The notes under the pieces: generated by a model
What the model was told of the DNA's origin: nothing
Databases searched by the model: none
Seen by the model: only the letters and a program-made list of their open reading frames with translations
Part shown: positions 57,643 through 64,000 of the stretch, piece after piece
How the letters are laid out: each line of letters begins with the position of its first letter
How positions within the stretch are numbered: the stretch's first letter is position 1
Origin: a virus
IMG/VR virus record: IMGVR_UViG_3300008120_010803
Coordinates: 16,162 to 80,161 of that record
Length of the DNA stretch: 64,000 nucleotides
Reading direction: 5' to 3' (one strand)
Made by a program: the position numbers and the translations under genes

Positions 57643-58455
57643 ATGAATCCTAAATTTTCTGTAGGCCAAAAAGTACGGTTTTCTAAACAAGATTGTACAG
57701 TTGAAAAGATTGGCCAAGGCCTAGATGGTTTGCCTAAGTATTATGTCAGGCCAGTAGATGTCGATCTTCCTATGTGGGTCTTGGAAAAAGATTTAAATTT
57801 TTCTAGTTCATTTTCGGTAAATCATAATATTTTCAACAAAAGAAATCCACATTTGCTTGTAGTTGACAATTTTTACAAAAATCCTGATGATATTAGAGGG
57901 ATGGCTCTTGAACAAGAGTTTCACGAAGACCTTCGTTGGTATAAGGGTAAAAGGACCACAGAAAGGTTTTTGTGGCCTTATTTAAAGGAAGAGTTTGAAA
58001 GACTTCTGGGTACACAAATTGAGGGCTGGCTGTTCCAGATTGCTAATGGCTGTTTCCAAATCACAGGTTTTCAAGACCCCTTGGTATACCATAGTGATGC
58101 TCAAAACTATGCAGCTGCAATATACTTAACACCTGATGCCCCTATAACTGCTGGCACAAGTTTCTGGAAAAGCAAGAAACATGGATGCCGTAGACCTCCA
58201 GCTAATCCACTAGAGTCGCACAAGTTTGCCAACCAAGAAGCGATTCAAAAAGCAGATTCAGAAATATACAATCAATATAATTTTGTACATCCAGATAATT
58301 GGGAGCTATGTGATAAGGTCGGCGCTGTTTATAATAGGTTAGCAATTTGGGATGCAAAGCTGATACATTCTGCCAGCACTTATGAGGGCTTATCTGTCGA
58401 AGATGCAAGTAAGGCCAGATTGGTTCAGCTTTTCTTTTTTAATATTGTTCAATGA
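57643..58455 (+). CDS. 2OG-Fe(II) oxygenase-like protein (DUF6445-like)
   Basis: VVDNFYKNPD, YKGKRT, HSD, IYLTP, GTSFW, YNRL, HSA, RLVQLFFF. Confidence 0.8.
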   Translation: MNPKFSVGQKVRFSKQDCTVEKIGQGLDGLPKYYVRPVDVDLPMWVLEKDLNFSSSFSVNHNIFNKRNPHLLVVDNFYKNPDDIRGMALEQEFHEDLRWYKGKRTTERFLWPYLKEEFERLLGTQIEGWLFQIANGCFQITGFQDPLVYHSDAQNYAAAIYLTPDAPITAGTSFWKSKKHGCRRPPANPLESHKFANQEAIQKADSEIYNQYNFVHPDNWELCDKVGAVYNRLAIWDAKLIHSASTYEGLSVEDASKARLVQLFFFNIVQ

Positions 58456-58472
58456 GTGCATTTTTAGGACAG

Positions 58473-58512
58473 AGCCAGAACCGTTAGATTTGTCTAATGG
58501 TTCTGGTTTTTT
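58473..58512 (+). terminator. intrinsic terminator
   Basis: AGCCAGAACCGTTAGA-tttg-TCTAATGGTTCTGGTT plus T-run. Confidence 0.85.
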
Positions 58513-58594
58513 CGTATATATTTTGATGAAAATTAATTTGCAAAACATGGTTGCATAGAAGTATACTTAAAGGAAACTGAAAGAGAGGTGACTT

Positions 58595-59776
58595 ATTCCT
58601 CGTAGAATAAATGAAGACCATAAAGAATTTCGAGATGTTGTTTCTGGTAAAATTCGTAAGGAGCTTAAAAAATTTATAAAATCGGGAAATATTTTTAGAA
58701 GCAGAGGGAAGAATGGGAAAATTTCAATTTCCATTCCAAAAATTGACATTCCACATATTGTTTTCGGTAACAACGGCACAGGTGTTGGACGAGGAGATGG
58801 AAAGCCGGGAGATGTTATCGGAAGAGATGATCCAAAGGGAAAAGGCAAAGGTAATAAAGCTGGCTCGGAAGAGGCAGAAGGCATCACAATCAGTTTAGAT
58901 TTGGAAGAAATTCTTAAATTCTTACAAGATGAATTGGAACTTCCTGATTTAAATCCGAAAGAAGATAATACTTTTGAAGATATAAAAATTAAATACAATA
59001 ATATTTCTTTAGTTGGCCCAGAGTCGCTTAGGCATACTAGAAGAACCATGCTTACTGCGTTGAAAAGAATGTGTAGCACGGGGGAAATCAATCAGTTGCA
59101 TCAAGTGCCGGGGTATAAAGACCCAGTTCGTTTGATTCTGCCAATTAATAGTGACAAGAGGTATAGACAATACAAAGAGATCAAAAACCCATCTACTAAT
59201 GCATTGATAATTTATGCAAGAGATGGAAGCGCCAGCATGGATACTGCAAAATGCGAAATAGTTTCAGATATGGCTTGGTGGATTGATGTATGGATAAAGA
59301 GATTTTATAAGCGTGTTGAAAGAATGTTTGTATGGCACGATACACAAGCACAAGAAGTTGACGAACAAAAATTTTACAAATATAGATTTGGTGGTGGAAC
59401 AGTTTGCAGTTCCTCACTAAAATTAATTGCCAAACAATTTGAAAATAGGTTCCCGCCAAATAAATGGAATATTTATGTGTTTTACTTTACCGATGGTGAA
59501 AATCAAATAAATGACAACGAAGTTTTTATTCAGACTTTGAAAAAAGAATTCCCTGAAAAAGTCGTCAATTTTGTTGGAATTACGCAGATTTTTGCATACG
59601 ACTATCGTGGATCAGTTTTGGAGGCAGTCAGAGATGCTAAAGAGGATGATACACTTGGTGAAAATATAAAGACGGCTGAAATAGAAAATTCTTCCTCCAA
59701 CCTAAGTGGTGAGGCAAGAAACGAGGCCGTTTTAAAAGCTATTAAAGACTTGCTTGGTAAAACAAAGATATCTTGA
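58595..59776 (+). CDS. yeaH: YeaH/YhbH (DUF444) VWA-like protein, ATT start
   Basis: Frame reads (M)PRRINEDHKEFRDVVSGKIR...IDIPHIVFG..GVGRGDG..GDVI continuously into the tracked ORF (ELELP, RDGSASM, GGTVCSS, YFTDGEN). Confidence 0.9.
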   Translation: MPRRINEDHKEFRDVVSGKIRKELKKFIKSGNIFRSRGKNGKISISIPKIDIPHIVFGNNGTGVGRGDGKPGDVIGRDDPKGKGKGNKAGSEEAEGITISLDLEEILKFLQDELELPDLNPKEDNTFEDIKIKYNNISLVGPESLRHTRRTMLTALKRMCSTGEINQLHQVPGYKDPVRLILPINSDKRYRQYKEIKNPSTNALIIYARDGSASMDTAKCEIVSDMAWWIDVWIKRFYKRVERMFVWHDTQAQEVDEQKFYKYRFGGGTVCSSSLKLIAKQFENRFPPNKWNIYVFYFTDGENQINDNEVFIQTLKKEFPEKVVNFVGITQIFAYDYRGSVLEAVRDAKEDDTLGENIKTAEIENSSSNLSGEARNEAVLKAIKDLLGKTKIS

Positions 59777-59783
59777 GGTTGCG

Positions 59784-61394
59784 ATGACTGACAAATTCAT
59801 GTATGGCTCTTCAATTCTGCAAGGGAGTGCTACCACTCCCGGTGTTTCTATACCACATGAATTGAAGGTTTTAATTCCAGATATTTTAAAGGCATGCACA
59901 GACTTCGGATTGGATTTCTATCCCACCGTGGTTCAAATGCTTACCTATGACGAAATTTCCGAAGTTGCAGCTTATGGAGGGTTTCCAGTAAGATATCCCC
60001 ATTGGCGTTGGGGTATGGAGTACGAAGAACTGCAACGAGGTTACATGTATGGAATGCATCGCATTTATGAAATGGTTCTCAATACAAATCCTTGCTACAT
60101 TTATTGCCTTAATAGCAATACCCTTCTTGATAATGTTACTGTTATTGCTCATGCTACTGGGCACAACCACTTTTTCAAGAATAACCACTATTTCAAACAC
60201 ACATCCCAGAATATGATTAATGAGCTAGCTAACCATGGCAGCAGAATCAGAAAGTATATGGCAAGGTGGGGGAAAGAAAAAGTAACTGAATTTATTGATA
60301 ATTTATTAAGAATCGAAACTTTGATTGATCCATCCAAAGCTTGGGAAACTAGACAAGTAAAAAATCCTATTGTTAGAGATGAAAGAAAATATCGTTATCC
60401 AAAAAGGATTAAAATAGACAAAGATAGAAATTATATGGAAGATTGGATCAATACAAAAGAATATATTAAGTCAGAGAAGTATCGTATTGAAAGAGAAGAA
60501 AAAATTGAAGATTTGGGAATACCCCGGTCTCCAGAAAGAGATATTTATGGATGGATAAAAGATAACTGCAATCTCAAGCCTTGGCAATCAGACATCATGA
60601 GTATGCTTTATGACGAAGCACACTATTTTGCTCCACAAGGCATGACAAAAATGGCGAATGAAGGATTTGCCAGCTATGTTGACTACCATTTGATAGCCAA
60701 ACAAGGGCTTTGTGCTTTGGGTCAAAAGAGTCATGATGAAGGAATTGTAGAGTATTCGATTCATAAGGCTGGTGTTCTTGGTGGTAAGTACAGTATGAAC
60801 CCATATAAGCTTGGGTTTAATTTGTTGATAGATATTGAGGAAAGATGGGATAAAGGAAGGTTTGGTTCTGATTACGACAATTGTGCTAGTTTCAAAGAAA
60901 AAGAAAACTGGGATTTGAAGCTTGGCGAGGGTAAAAATAAAGTTTTTGAAGTTGTAAAGATATATGATGATGTCAATTTGATCAATGAATTCTTTACTCA
61001 GGATTTTTGCGAAAAGTATCAGTTCTTTGAATGGAAAAAGTATCCTAATGGTGAAGTAGTAATTGAATCAAAGGATGCCAAGAAAATTAAGAAAAAGCTC
61101 ATTCAAAGATATTCCAACAGAGGTTTACCAGATATTAGGATGACCGACCACAATCATCTTGGTAGGAACATAATGCTTTTAGAGCATCAATGGGAAGGCA
61201 GAACTTTGTATATGCCGTACCTTGATGAAACTTTGAAATCATTAAATGCTGTTTCTGGCAAATCAGTTCTTCTGGTCACCAAAGATGAAAACCAAGAAGA
61301 ACTCATGTTTTATTGCGATGAGAATGACGGGTCAAATGTAATTCAATTGACAAGAGAACAGTATAAAAGGGAATTCGGTTTGACAAGAAGTTGA
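59784..61394 (+). CDS. spoVR: SpoVR/YcgB family protein
   Basis: GFPVRYPHWRWG, IYEMVLN.NPC, AHATGHNHFFKNN, YFAPQ..TKMANEGFAS, NPYKLG. Confidence 0.95.
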   Translation: MTDKFMYGSSILQGSATTPGVSIPHELKVLIPDILKACTDFGLDFYPTVVQMLTYDEISEVAAYGGFPVRYPHWRWGMEYEELQRGYMYGMHRIYEMVLNTNPCYIYCLNSNTLLDNVTVIAHATGHNHFFKNNHYFKHTSQNMINELANHGSRIRKYMARWGKEKVTEFIDNLLRIETLIDPSKAWETRQVKNPIVRDERKYRYPKRIKIDKDRNYMEDWINTKEYIKSEKYRIEREEKIEDLGIPRSPERDIYGWIKDNCNLKPWQSDIMSMLYDEAHYFAPQGMTKMANEGFASYVDYHLIAKQGLCALGQKSHDEGIVEYSIHKAGVLGGKYSMNPYKLGFNLLIDIEERWDKGRFGSDYDNCASFKEKENWDLKLGEGKNKVFEVVKIYDDVNLINEFFTQDFCEKYQFFEWKKYPNGEVVIESKDAKKIKKKLIQRYSNRGLPDIRMTDHNHLGRNIMLLEHQWEGRTLYMPYLDETLKSLNAVSGKSVLLVTKDENQEELMFYCDENDGSNVIQLTREQYKREFGLTRS

Positions 61395-61459
61395 TAAATT
61401 AAAATTTTACTACTGCTCACTAGATAGATTATGAAAAGCTAATCTATTTGAGGTGGGTT

Positions 61460-62455
61460 GTGGCGCAAGGTAAAAAATATGATCAAGATTTTGTTGTCAA
61501 AGTTTTTGAAGATGCTGGGTGCAAATTATTGGACAGGTATTGTAATGCAAAAAATAAATTAAAATATATTTGTGTTTGCAGAAATATTTCTTATATAAAA
61601 CTAAGTAATTTTATGCAAGGAGGCAGATGTAAAAATTGTTTAAAAAATAAATTCAAACTTAAATATGACTATGTCAAAAAATTTTTTGAAGATAGGAACT
61701 GTTATCTTCTAAGTGAAAATTACATAAATGCCAGAGCTAAATTAGATTATATTTGTGAGTGTGGCAATAAATCTAAAATAGTATTTGATAGTTTTAGAAA
61801 AGGTAATAGATGCAAAAAATGTGGTAACATAAAAAATTCAAAGAAGCAAACTTTATCACAAGATCAAGTTGCAAAATTTTTCAAAGATCAAGGATGCAAA
61901 TTAATTGGCTTATATAAAAAAGCAAGACTGCCAGTAGAATTTATTTGTAAATGCGGACAGAATCATAAAAAAACTTTAAATAATTTCCAAAAAGTTCCTA
62001 GGTGTCCTGCTTGTTCTTTGTTAGGAAGAAGTGGTTCTCATCATTATGAATGGATATCTGATCGTGAAAAGAAAAGGACTAATGATTTGTTTAGACAGAA
62101 ATGCAGATCGATGATTAACATTTGCATAAGATATTTAAAAATAAATAAAAACAAAAAAACAAAAGAATTGTTGGGCTATACCGCTGTGCAACTACGGGAA
62201 CACATATTTAATCACAAAAACTGGCATAAATTAATAGGAAAAAAATGGCACCTTGATCATATTTTTCCTATTAAAGCATTTTTAGACTATGGCATTAGAG
62301 ACATTAAATTAATTAATTGTTTGGAAAATTTACAGCCATTGACAGTTGTTGAGAACTGTGTTAAAAATGACAACTATGATGCCTGTGCTTTTGAAAACTG
62401 GCTTCAATCAAAAGGTTTTAAGGTAAAATCATGTCCAACCAAGGGTCAAGTGTGA
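61460..62455 (+). CDS. free-standing HNH homing endonuclease with three Cys-rich DNA-binding repeats
   Basis: 3x (F...GC.L....Y......L.YIC.CG......F..G.RC..C) then WHLDHIFP...NCLENLQPL...EN..K; GTG start with GAGGTG SD. Confidence 0.88.
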   Translation: MAQGKKYDQDFVVKVFEDAGCKLLDRYCNAKNKLKYICVCRNISYIKLSNFMQGGRCKNCLKNKFKLKYDYVKKFFEDRNCYLLSENYINARAKLDYICECGNKSKIVFDSFRKGNRCKKCGNIKNSKKQTLSQDQVAKFFKDQGCKLIGLYKKARLPVEFICKCGQNHKKTLNNFQKVPRCPACSLLGRSGSHHYEWISDREKKRTNDLFRQKCRSMINICIRYLKINKNKKTKELLGYTAVQLREHIFNHKNWHKLIGKKWHLDHIFPIKAFLDYGIRDIKLINCLENLQPLTVVENCVKNDNYDACAFENWLQSKGFKVKSCPTKGQV

Positions 62456-63852
62456 AGATAGTAGGTTTTGAACACCTACATCTTCACACAGACATACTGC
62501 CCCCGGCATAATTTAATGCCGGGGGCGCAAAAAACTATAGTCTTTTAGATGGATTTGGCCAAGTTGAAGAATACGCAGAGCATTGGCACCACCATGGTCA
62601 GTTTCTCTGCATAAGTGATCATGGCATGCTCGGTGCTGTTCCCAGACAAGTAAAAGCTTGTGAACAAATTTGTGAACAACACGGAAAAAATAAGCTTAGT
62701 GCAATTTTTGCCTGTGAGTTATATGTCAACCGCATGCACTCCGAGCCTACTCCTGATGAAGAGAGTAGAAAGAAATTCATGGACCAACTTGGTCCTGAAG
62801 AGCTTGAAGAATTCAAAGTAAAAGGCAGTCACTTACTTGCGATTGCCACATCTAAACAAGGTTATTCCAATCTTGTTCAATTATCATCTTATGGTTTTCT
62901 GAAGGGTTTCTATGCGAAACCCCGTGTAAACTATGAGATGCTTCAAAAACATAAAGAAGGATTGATTTTTACATCTTGCTGTTATGCAAGTGAAATAGGC
63001 AGAACATTCGATAAAAAAGGGGAGGAAGCAGCTGAAGAAGTTTTAGTAAGATATATCAACATGTTCAAAGGTCAGTTTTACTTAGAAATTATGATGTTGG
63101 ATTTCAAAAAGCAAAAACCATATGATGTTTTCATTTTGAAAATGAAAGATAAGTATAATCTTCCAATTATTCTTACTAACGACTGCCATTATTGCAAACA
63201 GGAAGATAGTCATTATCAAAGATTGATGCTGATGATTCAGACAAAAAGAACTTTGCCAGAAATACAAAAGATGATTGAAGAAAATGAAAATCAAGATTTT
63301 TTTGAACTCCAAGACAGTAATTTGTGGATGAAAACAGAAGAAGAGCTTAATGAGATGTGGCAAAAAAAATATAGTGATGTCATACCACTCGAAATATTTG
63401 AAGAAGCCAAGGCCACTACAGTTGCTATTTGTCAAAAAGCCAAGGGCGTTGAACTAGACAGAAGCATAAAATTTCCACTACAAGAGGAAGAAAAGAAAGC
63501 TCTAGCGCAGGCTGTCGCAGATGGATTGCGGTTTAGAAACATCAAGCCACAAGGGGAATACGGCAAACGAGTTGCGGAAGAATTTGATATAATCACACGA
63601 AAGGGGTTTGCTAGTTACTTTCTAGTCCAGAAGATGATGACCGATGAGGCCAGAAGAGTTTGTCCTGAGCTTTTGGGTTGGGGAGATGGAAGGGAGGCTG
63701 TTGGCCCCGGAAGAGGTTCTGGTGGTGGGTCTTTGATTCTTTATTTATTGGGTGTCACCGATGTTGATCCGATACGACATGGTTTGCTTTTCTCAAGATT
63801 TTTGAGCGAGGCTAGAGGTGGAAAACAAATTAAGTTAAAATTTTCAAATTAG
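62431..63852 (+). CDS. dnaE: DNA polymerase III alpha (DnaE) N-terminal part, interrupted by a 42-nt stop-containing insert
   Basis: FEHLHLHTD-[insert]-YSLLDG, SDHG, CELYV, HLLAIA, GFYAKPRV, TNDCHY, GFASYFL, GPGRGSGGGSL..YLLGVTDVDP, LLFSRFL; all one frame from ATG 62431. Confidence 0.93.
62494..62535 (+). other. 42-nt hairpin insertion with in-frame TAA (candidate translational bypass element)
   Basis: GCCCCCGGCAT-aattta-ATGCCGGGGGC 11-bp stem; TAA at 62509-62511. Confidence 0.85.
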
Positions 63853-63890
63853 GATAAAAATATACTATAATAGTTTAAAAGTAGGCTATT

Positions 63891-64000
63891 ATGTATATTT
63901 TCTTTGAAAAGCTTTTAAATCAAAAACAATGCGATGAATTGAATCAAGCTGCTCTCCGTATGATGATGGAGAATAGATTGAGTCATGAGGTCGATAACTC
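63891..64000 (+). CDS. partial ORF, not a DnaE continuation (possibly 2OG-Fe(II) oxygenase-like)
   Basis: MYIFFEKLLNQKQCDELN..., runs off the window; own TATAAT at 63866. Confidence 0.45.
   Translation, partial: MYIFFEKLLNQKQCDELNQAALRMMMENRLSHEVDN

Noticed and set aside
58567-59091. 174-aa minus-strand ORF
   Set aside because: Exact antisense of the yeaH N-terminus.
62494-62535. Group I/II intron or intein at the dnaE insert
   Set aside because: Only 42 nt; no boundary register gives the U/G ends of group I or the GUGYG start of group II; it contains a stop so cannot be an intein.
1-64000. Stop-codon reassignment (code 15 or 4) as the explanation for the dnaE and prkA breaks
   Set aside because: Conserved genes are full length in code 11 and end in TAA, TAG and TGA; the dnaE stop is TAA inside an insert and the prkA break changes frame.
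1-64000. CRISPR arrays, tRNA genes, integrase or transposase
   Set aside because: None recognised by eye; the TnsA-like ORF fits the phage gp4-type nuclease and has no transposon context.

Overview
A 64-kb, AT-rich, gene-dense segment of a large lytic myovirus (T4-superfamily-like 'huge phage' architecture, standard genetic code). It carries tail genes (gp15-like terminator, sheath, two tube paralogs, gp26/gp51-like hub/chaperone pair) and two sigma-70 region-2 proteins. Replication/recombination genes include gp46/47, Dda-like, UvsW, DnaB, UvsY, gp32, RecA/UvsX, a Ski2-like helicase, a resolvase, a PolA-like enzyme and the N-terminal half of DnaE. Nucleotide metabolism genes are pyrG, nrdAB, dCMP deaminase, dNMP kinase and thyX. 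Auxiliary genes include MoxR/VWA, hldE, ACP, PLA2, a C1 peptidase and prkA-yeaH-spoVR. No tRNA, rRNA or CRISPR array was seen. Most notable observations: (1) a ~400-nt highly structured non-coding element with its own promoter, directly upstream of a thumb-less family-A polymerase, a sigma-like protein and DnaB; (2) a 42-nt GC-rich hairpin with an in-frame TAA inserted into the HxHT(D)-YSLLDG motif of dnaE, which looks like a translational-bypass element, while dnaE itself stops just before its catalytic motif; (3) other recoding signals: a -1 slippery site in the gp26-like gene and an obligatory non-canonical (ATT) start for yeaH; (4) a dispersed family of about ten proteins with T4-like capsid-targeting leaders, many behind TANATA boxes placed 4-6 nt before the ATG. 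All calls are from motif recognition by eye; no database searches or folding programs were run.
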